From contig CBDFLE010000006.1 in assembly GCA_965248925.1 (NCBI GenBank), forward strand, positions 256,001 through 320,000: a DNA stretch of 64,000 nucleotides. The letters run 5' to 3'. The stretch comes from Candidatus Multivoradales bacterium (lineage in GTDB: Bacteria > Acidobacteriota > Thermoanaerobaculia > Multivoradales > J023). This document shows, in pieces, positions 49,559 to 60,840 of this stretch (position 1 is its first letter; the number at the start of each line of letters is the position of its first letter). Made by a program: the position numbers and the translations under genes. The notes under the pieces were generated by a model. It searched no databases. It saw only the letters and a list, made by a program, of their open reading frames with translations, and was not told the DNA's origin.

Positions 49559-49903
49559 CCCGAGATTGCAGAGAAGTTCCGTCAGGTGCGCCCCACCGAC
49601 CTGGCCTTCAGCGTGGTTACGGTTCTAGAATTGCGCCACGGAGCTAAGAAGAGCCAGGCATCGCAACACACCCACCAGCGGCTCGCCGATTTCCTGGCCC
49701 CACTCTAATCCCTGCCCTTCTCGATCGAAGACGCCCTCGCCGGGGCGCGCATCCGCGCCCACCTCGACCAACGCACCACGCCAATCGGCGACTCCGACAG
49801 CCTGATCGCGACCCAGGCCGTCGCCTGCGACTTGATACTGGTGAGCAACAACCTGCGAGAGTTTGATCGCGTTCCTGGTCTGAAGACCGCCAACTGGGCC
49901 TGA
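49559..49903 (+). pseudogene. vapC pseudogene, 5'-truncated with an in-frame stop
   Basis: Reads LELRHGAKKS...FLAPL*...PIGDSDSLIA...NNLREFDRVPGL; 3' part similar to 27870..28040. Confidence 0.65.
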
Positions 49904-49992
49904 CTCCTTCCCCTGCCTTCCAGATTTGGGTAGTACCTCCTTGGGTCCGTCGACGATCCGTTCGCCGTGGGCACAGGTGGCAATCCTATGAC

Positions 49993-50525
49993 CTCTCAAT
50001 GCCAGCAGTGGCGACAGGGCCGGCGACCGCGACGGTCCGGCCACCCTGACCTTTCAGTTGAATTTGTCTCAATGCCAGCAGTGGCGACAGGTCCGGCGAC
50101 CCCGTGTGACACTCCGTAAGTACCGTTAAACCAAGTGTCTCAATGCCAGCAGTGGCGACAGGTCCGGCGACAGCCAAGCTCTCCGCGAAGATCGGCGAGA
50201 TCGAAGGTCTCAATGCCAGCAGTGGCGACAGGTCCGGCGACCCAACCAAAAAAGGTTACAATCTTCTTCGGTCGAAAGGGTCTCAATGCCAGCAGTGGCG
50301 ACAGGTCCGGCGACTTGAAGGAGGCTGACCTCCTTGGGCAGTCATTGAAGTCTCAATGCCAGCAGTGGCGACAGGTCCGGCGACTGGAACGGAAACCTTT
50401 GACCGGTATTAAAGCCAGAGTCTCAATGCCAGCAGTGGCGACAGGTCCGGCGACCCTCCTAGTGTTGTTGTTTAGTAGTTGTGCAGGAAAGTCTCAATGC
50501 CAGCAGTGGCGACAGGTCCGGCGAC
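49993..50525 (-). CRISPR. CRISPR array 2: 8 repeats, 7 spacers
   Basis: Same 35-bp repeat; trailer repeat has 2 mismatches; no spacer seen shared with arrays 1 or 3. Confidence 0.97.
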
Positions 50526-50831
50526 ATCACCCAGTGGAAACCACGAGAAACAAGCGACTTATGACCCCCAATTCGACGGGTGATCGCAAACCACTGGCGA
50601 TTACCCCGTTCTGACCCGATTCTGCTCCGAACCAAGCCTCGCAAACTATTGAATCCACAGCGCTTACCTCCTTCCTGCACATGATCATGTGCATCCTATC
50701 CGGCTAAGTCCTTTGTTCTCTGTCATCTGCGCTCCATTTACGCCTCCTTGTTGGCAATTTCTCCAACCACCCGTCGAAACGAGGGGATCCGCTACCTTCT
50801 CTCATCACCCTCCGCCGATCCTCAGAGCACC
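50526..50831 (-). promoter_or_regulatory. CRISPR leader 2
   Basis: Matches leader 1 at an offset of 21606 bp. Confidence 0.85.
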
Positions 50832-51125
50832 CTAGCGCACCCTCGCCAGCTCTTCGTCCGGTGGCTCGATATCACCAAAACCGACACTCTTCGCCGCGCA
50901 GCGAGAGCACACCCGGTACATCCGCACCGAGCCGTTCTCCTTGATTCGTAGAACCTTCTTCAGCCGATCCCTCAGCTTGGTCACATCAGCCTCCCGCAAG
51001 CGGCATTCAAACACCGAGTACTGCACCCGCTCGCCCCAACCCTCGAGCACGTCCGCCACCCTACACCGCACTCGGTCCGAACGGATGTCATAGGTCACCA
51101 GCCACAAGTGAGCTGTCGCTGCCAT
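50832..51125 (-). CDS. cas2: Cas2, copy 2
   Basis: Protein identical to 29226..29519. Confidence 0.95.
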   Translation of the reverse strand: MAATAHLWLVTYDIRSDRVRCRVADVLEGWGERVQYSVFECRLREADVTKLRDRLKKVLRIKENGSVRMYRVCSRCAAKSVGFGDIEPPDEELARVR

Positions 51126-53998
51126 CACGCCGGCCTGACCAGCGGCCGATAGCTATCGAGACGGCCGAGGGCAATCTCACGCAGCGCGACCGCTTGCTCG
51201 AAAAGAAAGCCACGATACGAGACCGCCTCCTCGCTGCCCCGCGGGGTGAAGGTATCCAGCAATCGACGCTCGAAGGCCGTGAGATAACGCTTACGCAGAT
51301 CGCGCGACATCCACACGGCGCCACCAGGCTGTAGCTCGAAGTCTTCCTGCCTGGCCTCGCGGCGGCGCAGCAAGGCCAGCGCCAGGCCGTCGACCAACCA
51401 GCGGAACTCCTCCTGGATATCCGACGCCAGCGAGGGATAGCGGTCACTCCGCTGGTGATAGATGCCGAGATGCGGATTCAGCCCGGCGCTGACCAGGGCG
51501 GTTGCGGCATGCTGAAATAGCAGGTGATAGCCGAAGGAAAGCAGACTGTTGACCGGATCGGTAGGCGGGCGGCGGCGCCGACCTGGAAACTCGAAGCCAG
51601 CTGGCAAGACCTCGGCAAAGCCGGCGAAATACAAGCGTGCCGCGCGTCCCTCCAAGCCGCGCAGGGTGCCGGTGTCGTCAGCCTCCAGCGCGCTCCGTGC
51701 CAGACTGCGGATGGGCCCGGTCACCCCGCGGCCAAGGCCCAGCCGGGCAAGCTGGCTAGCCTGGTTGCGCAGCTTGCCGGCGACAATCACCCGCGCCACG
51801 GCCAGGGCGCGGCGATCATCGGCGAGCAGCACAGCCTGCGCCTGCCAGATCCGCCAATCAGCCGCCGGTGCTGCCACGCCGGCGCGGATCCGGCCGCGAG
51901 CATCGCACAAATAGGTCGGTACGCCACCGATGGCCAGGCGCTCGACGGCGGTCAGAGTGGCTCGGCCGTGACCGAGAATCGTCAGATGCAGAATACCGGC
52001 CAGGGGCAGCCGCTCCCTGGGGCGCGACGGATGCTCGAGTACCAGGGTTTCCTTCTCCACCCGCATCGATGTTTCATGATCACCGAGATAGAGCGGACGC
52101 TTGGCCGGGAAGGCTTCGCGAGCCGGTCCCAGATCGATGTCCTCTAGCGGCGGCGGGCCGCCCTCGGCGCCGCTGCTCGGCCGGCCGAGGCGGCGCAAAC
52201 GCTCGAAGGGTACCGCCGCCAGCCATGACATGGCCGGGGGAGGCACCTCTTCCTGTCGGCGCCCGCCATCGTGCTTCGCCTCGTCGATCACCAGCGAGCG
52301 ACAGAACAGATAGCCGAGATAGCCGAAGCCGTCGGCCATTGAGCGCACTGAGGTCTTGCCCTCGTGCAAGGCCAGGCCCAACTCGCCGAGGGCGCGCCGC
52401 GCGACTTGGTGGGCGCGCTCGGCGGCGGCCAGATCCTTGGTCAGCACTACGAAGTCGTCGGCAAAACGGACCAGACGAAAGCCCTCGCCGAGGATCGCTT
52501 CGTCAAAGCGATCCAGAAAGAGGTTGGCGAGCAGCGGTGAGATCGGCGCCCCCTGCGGCAGACCCCGACTACGGCCGATCCGCCGGCCGTCGAAGTAGAC
52601 CGGCACGGTAATCCAATGGCGAATCACCCGCACCAGCGGCTCGAAGGGGAAGAGCGCATCGAGCACCGCGAAGAGGCGATCCCATTCGACAGTGTCAAAG
52701 AACGCTTCGATATCGGCATCGAGCACATAGCGGTAGCCATCCTCCCAAGCTCGCTGAATGGCGCGCGCCGCGCCCTGCCGGGAGAAACCCCTGCGGTAGG
52801 CGAACGACTCGTCCTCGAGCATCGAATCGATGGCCGGCAACAGCGCCTGGGCGGCGGCGCGCTGGAGCACCCGATCGGCCGCCGTCGGCACCGCCAGCGG
52901 CCGCCAGCCGCCAGACGGCTTGGGAATCGCGCAGCCGGCGAGAGGTTGCGCCCGGTAGCAGCCGTCGAGCAGCGACCCGGCCAGACTTGCGAGAGCTGGC
53001 GGCCCGAGGTCGGCGAGGGACTGTGGGGATTGGTGGTCAACACCCGCGGCCGACGATTGGGTGGCAACGTGTTCGAGTGCCGTGGCCAGCGCGGCCGGCC
53101 TGGCGACTTCTTGCAAGTAAGTCCGTGCCGGCCGCCACGGCCCCTCACCGTCCGGGCTGCCGGCGAGGCGGAAGCGACCGAAGCCGTAGCGCACGCTCTG
53201 ACCCACATGGAGATGCTGCAAGAGGGCCAGGAGAGCGCACCAGTCGGGGGTCAAGCCGGCCAGTTCGAGGGTGCCCACCAGCCCTCCCTTGAGCTGGCCT
53301 CGGGGCCGGCCCGGCTTGCCCCCCGGCCGGCCACGGGTGGGCACATCGAGCCACAGCAGAGCCGCCGGGTCGGCGCGGACGGCCGCTGGCATCGCCGGCA
53401 CCGCCCCCGGCGACGGCCGCCCCGCCCGCAGGTCGGCAAAGCGCCGCCAGCAGCGGGCGAGGAATGCACCGGCAGGAAAGTAGGTGCTGTCGAAGTGGCC
53501 CTTGGGGCGCTGCCGCGCGCCCCGCGGACGCGGCCGACGGAGCTCCAGGGGAGAGAGGAACTGCAAGGTGGCCACCCCACGCTCGGCGAGTGCCCGCGCG
53601 GTGGCCTCGACATCGGCCAGCTCCGGCGCGCCCAGGCGTTGCACCTCCGCGACCGCAAAGTTGCCCCACAAGGTGCGTTCCGAAGCGGCCGGCCTGGGCT
53701 GTCGGCTCACCACTTCGAGTCTCTCCAGGGCAGCCGGCAGCGCATCGATCGCCTCACCCACCACGGTCAGCCCGAAGACGTAGTCATCACCAGCGGCAAA
53801 CCGCACCCGCCCCGACTCGACCGCCGCCGGCATCACCTCCGGCAAGGCGTGGCCGAAGATCTGGCAGAGCAGGCCATGAAGCACCGGCTCGTGGCGCAGG
53901 TGGAAGCGAATGCTGGCGCTCAGCCGCAGGCGGATGACCAGCCGCTCGATCGGCGGCAAGCTCAGCATCGAGCCGTCGGGCAGGCGATGGTGGGTCAT
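51125..53998 (-). CDS. cas1: Cas6-reverse transcriptase-Cas1 fusion, copy 2
   Basis: Nearly identical to copy 1; differences seen at MTRH/MTHH, STRF/SIRF, TYM/TYL, EFSG/EFPG. Confidence 0.93.
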   Translation of the reverse strand: MTHHRLPDGSMLSLPPIERLVIRLRLSASIRFHLRHEPVLHGLLCQIFGHALPEVMPAAVESGRVRFAAGDDYVFGLTVVGEAIDALPAALERLEVVSRQPRPAASERTLWGNFAVAEVQRLGAPELADVEATARALAERGVATLQFLSPLELRRPRPRGARQRPKGHFDSTYFPAGAFLARCWRRFADLRAGRPSPGAVPAMPAAVRADPAALLWLDVPTRGRPGGKPGRPRGQLKGGLVGTLELAGLTPDWCALLALLQHLHVGQSVRYGFGRFRLAGSPDGEGPWRPARTYLQEVARPAALATALEHVATQSSAAGVDHQSPQSLADLGPPALASLAGSLLDGCYRAQPLAGCAIPKPSGGWRPLAVPTAADRVLQRAAAQALLPAIDSMLEDESFAYRRGFSRQGAARAIQRAWEDGYRYVLDADIEAFFDTVEWDRLFAVLDALFPFEPLVRVIRHWITVPVYFDGRRIGRSRGLPQGAPISPLLANLFLDRFDEAILGEGFRLVRFADDFVVLTKDLAAAERAHQVARRALGELGLALHEGKTSVRSMADGFGYLGYLFCRSLVIDEAKHDGGRRQEEVPPPAMSWLAAVPFERLRRLGRPSSGAEGGPPPLEDIDLGPAREAFPAKRPLYLGDHETSMRVEKETLVLEHPSRPRERLPLAGILHLTILGHGRATLTAVERLAIGGVPTYLCDARGRIRAGVAAPAADWRIWQAQAVLLADDRRALAVARVIVAGKLRNQASQLARLGLGRGVTGPIRSLARSALEADDTGTLRGLEGRAARLYFAGFAEVLPAGFEFPGRRRRPPTDPVNSLLSFGYHLLFQHAATALVSAGLNPHLGIYHQRSDRYPSLASDIQEEFRWLVDGLALALLRRREARQEDFELQPGGAVWMSRDLRKRYLTAFERRLLDTFTPRGSEEAVSYRGFLFEQAVALREIALGRLDSYRPLVRPA

Positions 53999-54172
53999 GA
54001 ATCCTCCTGGGTGCGCGGCCGCCCTGCCGGCCAGGCTGCAAGTGGCATCTTCCAGCCTTCTGGGCACTTTCTTGTCCTGGCTGGCTGGCCAAAATCCTCA
54101 AGCCCATGCCCAAGGCGCGTGCTTCGGCGATTGTCCGCAGTGTCATATGCAATGTCATTTGAAATCAGCATT

Positions 54173-54238
54173 AGCATCAGAGTCCCCAGTGGTCAGCGAC
54201 AGCACCCTTTGATAGGTGCTGATTGAGTAGACCCGGTT
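54173..54238. repeat. About 65-bp element also present, split by an IS, at 56272-56283 and 58813-58871
   Basis: AGCATCAGAGTCCCC...GCTGATTGAGTAGACCCGGTT in both places; contains an AGCACC...GGTGCT hairpin. Confidence 0.75.
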
Positions 54239-54330
54239 ACTGGTCCGAGGGGTGGGGAGAGAATCTGCTGGGGTCACCGTGGGCTTGGCCCGAAGTGCAG
54301 TCGCAAGATGCGACTGGCACCTTTTCTTCA

Positions 54331-55857
54331 GCGACAGGTCCGGCGACAACGGAACATAGGCACTCCCTGCCCTCGTGGCGAAGTCTCAATGCCAGCAGTG
54401 GCGACAGGTCCGGCGACAAAGGATTGTGGTCCTGTAAGTCTCCCCTTGGAGAAGTCTCAATGCCAGCAGTGGCGACAGGTCCGGCGACTCCGTGAGTGTC
54501 GCAATCTTCGGTTTGACATTACTAAGTCTCAATGCCAGCAGTGGCGACAGGTCCGGCGACTACTAGCTTGTTGTATCGCATCAACTCATGGGTTCGAAAG
54601 TCTCAATGCCAGCAGTGGCGACAGGTCCGGCGACAAAAATGCAGCAAGGTGTCGGTGCTGAACTGCACTTGTCTCAATGCCAGCAGTGGCGACAGGTCGG
54701 GCGACTCCACGTCACGCTGATGCAATCTCTCCGACACAAGAGGAGTCTCAATGCCAGCAGTGGCGACAGGTCCGGCGACGCCTGTCTGTCCGACCCGATG
54801 GGGACTATCTCCCAAGTCTCAATGCCAGCAGTGGCGACAGGTCCGGCGACTAGGGCCGCCCTCGATCTTGTGACCACCAATAAGACGGGTCTCAATGCCA
54901 GCAGTGGCGACAGGTCCGGCGACCACTTCTTTGTCCTATGCGTCGACGGCATTTGCTAAAGGTCTCAATGCCAGCAGTGGCGACAGGTCCGGCGACCTCG
55001 ACAAACGGCCTTTGTGGCCTAAGGAGACAGACGTCTCAATGCCAGCAGTGGCGACAGGTCCGGCGACCGACGATCCATCCGCCTGACCGTTCTTGCCGTC
55101 GTGGTCTCAATGCCAGCAGTGGCGACAGGTCCGGCGACTTACATGGCTCTGAGCCAACGTACCGTCGGAACCGAAGTCTCAATGCCAGCAGTGGCGACAG
55201 GTCCGGCGACAGCACTTGTTCCCGCTCCCCTGTCTGATCTTTGAAAGTCTCAATGCCAGCAGTGGCGACAGGTCCGGCGACTGAAGTACGCAATAATGTT
55301 TCTTGACATCCTGAAAGTCTCAATGCCAGCAGTGGCGACAGGTCCGGCGACTTTAGGGTAGTTCTGGCGTTTGCGGCTCTGGTTATGGCGGTCTCAATGC
55401 CAGCAGTGGCGACAGGTCCGGCGACTGATTATGAGCTATGGGCAGATCGTTCGGAGATTAGCGAAGTCTCAATGCCAGCAGTGGCGACAGGTCCGGCGAC
55501 AGGCTTTGGAAACTCTCAGGAAAGAGGATAATGACTGTCTCAATGCCAGCAGTGGCGACAGGTCCGGCGACCACAGGAATGCTATTCTTTTGCGATGACC
55601 AACTGGAATGTCTCAATGCCAGCAGTGGCGACAGGTCCGGCGACCATGTAATACAGCCAGTGGCCCTCATCTGAAGCAAGGTCTCAATGCCAGCAGTGGC
55701 GACAGGTCCGGCGACAGTTCCCTTAACCTGTAACCGGAGAAGAGAGGAGAAGTCTCAATGCCAGCAGTGGCGACAGGTCCGGCGACTCCAATGACCCGAA
55801 TTGCGAGAGATGCATCCAGTGAGTCTCAATGCCAGCAGTGGCGACAGGTCCGGCGAC
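54331..55857 (-). CRISPR. CRISPR array 3: 21 full repeats (54383-55857) plus a partial trailer repeat
   Basis: Same 35-bp repeat with unique spacers of about 35-40 nt. Confidence 0.97.
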
Positions 55858-56163
55858 AGCACCCCGTGGAAACCACGAGAAACAAGCGACTTATGACCCC
55901 CTTTTCGACGGGTGATCGCAAACCGGCGGCGACAACCCCCTTCTGACCCGATTCAGCTCCGAACCAAGCCTCGCAAACTATTGAATCCACGTCGCTTACC
56001 TCCTTCCTGCACATGATCATGTGCAACTTTTCCAGCTAAGCCCTTTATTCTCTATCACCTGCGCTCCTTTCTCGCCTCCATGTTGGCAATTTCCCCAACC
56101 ACCCGTCGAAACGAGAGGATCCGCTGCCTTCGCCCATCACGATCCGCCAATCCTCAAAGCACC
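55858..56163 (-). promoter_or_regulatory. CRISPR leader 3, diverged from leaders 1 and 2
   Basis: Collinear similarity with scattered substitutions. Confidence 0.8.
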
Positions 56164-56265
56164 CTATCGCACCCACGCCAGCTCTTCGTCCGGTGGCTCG
56201 ATATCACCAAAACCAACACTCTTCGCCGCCCAGCGAGAGCACACCCGGTACATCCGCACCGAGCC
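56164..56265 (-). pseudogene. 3' remnant of a third cas2
   Basis: Encodes GSVRMYRVCSRWAAKSVGFGDIEPPDEELAWVR-stop, matching the Cas2 C-terminus. Confidence 0.85.
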
Positions 56266-56283
56266 AGCACAAGCATCAGAGTC

Positions 56284-58812
56284 CAGACCTCCTGACCTAC
56301 CCCTCCTAACCCTCTGAAAACACAGGACCGCCCCTCAGAGGTGGTGCGGACCCAAAACTGTCCGCTTTTTTCGGTGCCGAGGCATGATCGAGCATGGCAC
56401 TGACGAGCGAGCACACCGTCCTGTTCCCAGACCACGCCGGGGTCCCCGATGGGGTTGTGGTGATCAACGACCGCTGCCGCCTCCAGCAGAGGGGCGGCTA
56501 TCGGGTGGTGGTGGTCAGCGGCATGCCGCTCGCTCACTTCGCTGCCGGCGACAGGACAGGCGAGGCCCACGCGATGGTGAGTCTCGTTGAATTGGGCTGG
56601 GCACAGCAACGCGAGGTGGCCCTTGCGTTCGCTTGTGATGTGCGGACTGTGCGCCGGAATCAGCGCCGCTTCGAAGAAGGTGGGCTGGCTGCTCTGGGCC
56701 GGCCGCGCGGTTTTCCCCGGGGTCAGTCTCGGGTAGCGCAGGGCCGCCTGGACGCGGTCAACGGCTGGAAGGCCGAGGGTGTGTCGAATCGCGAGATTGG
56801 CCGGCGGCTGGGCATCGATGAGAAGGCCGTTCGCAAGCTCGCCAAGCGCCTGGGCTGGAAAGAGCGGTCGGTAGTGCAGATGACGATGCCCTTCGAGAGT
56901 GCGGACCCAAAACTGTCCGCCTCTGATGAGCAGCAGGTCGACGGCCCCCTGAAAACTGCGGATCTTGCGCTCGACGCTGAGGGTGGCGGTGACCCAGCGG
57001 CTGCGGACCCAAAACTGTCCGCTTCTGCGTCCGAGCAAGATCAGGTTCCCCTCTCGCTGGACCTCGATCCAGCGGATCGCGCCAGCGATCGGCTGCTGGC
57101 GAGGCTGGGATTCCTCGATGATGCGGCGCCGATCTTCGGAGCGGCGACCCAGCTACCGGGCGCCGGTGCTCTGCTGGCGATTCCCGCCCTGGTGGACAGC
57201 GGCGTGCTCTCCATCGCGCAGGAGCTGTACGGCAGCATCGGGCCGGCCTTCTATGGGCTGCGCACCACTCTGGTAACCCTGCTGCTGATGGCACTGTTGC
57301 GGGTCAAGCGACCCGAAGGGCTCAAGGAGCGCTCACCCCGGCATTTGGGTCAGCTTCTCGGGCTCGACCGAGCGCCGGAAGTGAAAACCTTGCGCAACAA
57401 GCTCGCTCGGCTGGCCGCGCATGGCCTGGCCGCGGATCTCGGTCGCGCCCTCGCTCAGCGCCGGGTCGCCACCAGGGGCCATGCCATGGGCTTCCTCTAC
57501 GTGGACGGGCATGTGCGCGCCTACCACGGTGGCCGAGAGATTCCCAAGACACACGTAGCGCGGATGCGGATCGCGATGCCGGCCACCACCGACTACTGGG
57601 TCAACGATGCTGAGAGCGAGCCTCTCTTCGTGGTCCCCACCGAGGCCAACAAGGGGCTTGCGACGATGCTTCCCCTCATTCTCGAAGAGGTACGAAAGCT
57701 ACTCGGAGACCGGCGAGTCACCGTCGTCTTCGACCGTGGGGGTTGGAGCCCGAAGCTGTTTGCGAAGCTCATCGCCAAGAAGTTCGACATCCTCACATAC
57801 CGAAAGGCCCCCTTTCGTCCGGTGCCGTTGAGCAAGTTCGGGCAGATCAAGGACACGATCCACGGGCGGAAGCTCGAGTACCTCCTCGCCGATCAGCGTA
57901 TCTACCTCGAGTATGGCCCGAGGAAGAAGCGCAAGCGGCTGTACCTGCGCCAGGTCACCCGCCTCTGCGACAACGGCCACCAGACGTCCATCATCACCTC
58001 CCGCCGCGACCTCTCCACACTCGAGGTCGCCTACCGCATGTTCGATCGTTGGAGGCAAGAGAACTTCTTCAAATACCTGCGCGAAGAATTCGCACTCGAT
58101 GCCCTGGTGGACTATGGCACCGAGCCAGCGGACGCTGCCCGCGATGTGCCGAATCCCGAGCGCGGCAAGATCAATGCAGAGCTGCGCAAAGCTCACGCAC
58201 ATCTCGAGCAGCTCCGGGCCCACATCGGGATCGCTGCTCTTGAAAACCGCGAGGATCGGCGGCGCACGATGCGCGGATTCAAGATCGCCAACGCCGCCAT
58301 CTCCGCCAGGGTCCGGGCAGCGATAGAGCAGATCACCGAACTCGAGAACCAGCGCGCGACCCTCCCCGTCCGCGTCCCCGTCCAAGAGGTCGTCGAAGCG
58401 GATGTCATCAAGCTGTCCGTCGAGCGCAAGCACCTCACCGATATTCTCAAGATGGTCGCCTACCAGGCCGAAGGTGATCTTCTCCGGCTCCTATCACCCC
58501 ACTACCGCCGCACCGAGCAGGAGGGACGCACCCTGATCCAAAGCGCTTTCGCGGCCGGCGGCGATATGGAGGTTACCGACACCGTGCTGCTCCTTTCCAT
58601 CGACCCGCTCAGCTCTCCCCACAAGACGGCGGCGATCGCCGCCGTCTGCGAAGAACTCAACGCTACCGCCACCCACTTCCCCGGCACCGAGCTACGGATG
58701 CGGTTCGCGATCAAGAAGGCGCCACCCCGGAGCCTGGCCTTCCCAGGGCCTCGGAACACCTCCGGAGAGGCTCAACCGGACATTTGAGAAAAAGGGTATG
58801 TCAGGAGTTCTG
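56284..58812 (+). mobile_element. 2529-bp IS, copy 1, with 797-aa HTH-DDE transposase 56394..58787
   Basis: IRs CAGACCTCCTGACCTACCC and CAGAACTCCTGACATACCC; 5-bp GAGTC target duplication; YVDGH, FDRG and RWRQENFFK motifs. Confidence 0.9.
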
Positions 58813-59146
58813 GAGTCCCCGGTGATCAGCGAAAGCACCTTTTGATAGATGCTGATTGAGTAGACCCGGTTCTTCGCCCCAGGGGGGGGGAAGAGAATCC
58901 GCGTAGGGCACATTGGGCTCAAACCACGGTTCGAGCAGTTGCGGAAGTTTGAGTGGCTCCTGCTCGGCTCAGCTCCCCTCCGAGTGACATCCTTGAACCC
59001 TGGCAGGCGCGAGTCAGATCGTCCAGCGGATCCCGAGTGCTCATCGAGCGCAGGCCCTCGATTTGAGCCTCCTCACCCCCTCATTGCGCGTTCCCCTAAG
59101 GGATCTCCCGCCACAACCGAAGGAGGTGACGTCGTGCTTCGAGGTA

Positions 59147-60840
59147 TGAACCGTCAGCAGTGGATGATGCTGGCCACCGCGGCGTGAGCGTTGGCTCTAG
59201 CTTGCTCGCCCGGCCCGGAGGGCAACTACCGAGGCAGTGAACAGGCCAGCGGTCGGCCGCTGCTGCTGAGCCCTGATGGGATTGTCCCGGAGGGGATCGA
59301 GGACATCCAGCTGCCTGTCGAGGGCTGGGCCGAGCCGGTGTCGGCCTCGCTGTGGGAACTTGAGGAATGGGTGGCGGACGGAACCCCTAGCCCACCGGTG
59401 GAGCAGCAACCCACGCGGGACCTCATTGTTGACCTCGAAGCCGACCGGAGCGCAGACGGTGGCAGCGAAAGCGGCACCGCCATGTCGCGCCAGCCGGATC
59501 CGCACCTCAGCTTTATCGACGATTTCGCCGGCGGCAACTTGGGCCTCAGCGAGGGGGTGGCCTTTGCCGCTATTGATCGGGCAACGGCGCCAGCCAAGCT
59601 CTTTCCCCCTGATCCTGATCTGGCCGCCGGGCCGGGCCACCTGATTGTGGTGGTTAATAACTCGGTAGAGATCTACGACCAGCTGGGCAACTCACCGCTC
59701 GGACCCCTGGCGTTGGCTACTTTTTTCTCGCCGCTGGCCACCCTGGCCCCTGGCTGTGTGATCAAGCCGTTTGACCCCAATGCGCTCTACGATGAGGATC
59801 AGGATCGCTTCATCGTCACCGCCGATGGCTTAGGCGATTACCTCTGCATAGCGGTCAGCCAAGGGCCTGATCCGCTTTTCGGCGGCTGGAACTTCTATGG
59901 TTTTGCTACCGCCTTCGGCAGTCTTTATTTTGACTTTCCGCGCCTCGGGGTCGGTCACGAGGCGATCTTCGGCGGCGCGACCTGGGCCGCCAATGGTCTG
60001 ACCAGCGGCTGGGCCTGGGCCTTCGAGAAAAGTGCGATGTATGCCGGCACGATTGCAGCCTACCGCGCCCAGCCAATCGCCCTCGATGCCGTCCCCCAAG
60101 CCCTGCACTTGCATGGCGCTGCCCAGGGCACTTGGCCGACCAGCGGCCCGCATTACATCATCGCCAGCCTCGGCGGCGGTGGCCCGTCTAGCTTCGGGCT
60201 TTACTCTTGGCTGGACCCCTTCGGCAACAATACCTTTAGCCAAGTAGCCACCCTAGATCTGCAAACCAAGCATGGAGTTACCAGCGGCGTACCCACCAGC
60301 AGCCCACAAGCCAGCGGTAGGTATCTGCTGGGCAACGACGCGAGACCGCTCGATTTTGAGTATCGCAACGGCAGCGGCTGGCTGCTCAACCACGTGTCCT
60401 GCCGCCCTGGCCACCAGGCTGTGAACTGTATTCAATGGGCTGAGATCGACCTCGCCAGCGGCACCGTGGTGCAAGCAGCTGTGGCCGGCACCGACGGTGA
60501 GTACCGTATCTATCCTGACCTAGCGGTCAATCGCTGTGGCGACGCCCTGCTGGGCTACACCAAGACCAGTACGGCGCTCTATCCAGGGCCATGGATCAGT
60601 GGCCGTCGATTGGCCGATCCGCTGGGCAAGCTGCGCCATGAGCAGCCGGTGTGGCCAGGCGAGACAGAACTCGAAGGCTCGACGCTCGACCCGGGGCCGC
60701 TGCGCTGGGGCGACTATTCTGGCATGACCCTGGCGCCTGATGGCATCACCTTGTGGTACCTGGGCCAGTATGCCAAGAACATCAGCGGCAGTTTCAACTG
60801 GGGTACCTACCTGGCTTCGTTTCGCTTTGCTGGCTGCTGA
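59147..60840 (+). pseudogene. Secreted or lipoprotein beta-rich protein with an in-frame TGA in its signal peptide
   Basis: MNRQQWMMLATAA*ALALAC in one frame; PPDPDLAAGP, FDP, DFP and RWGDYS motifs. Confidence 0.6.
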
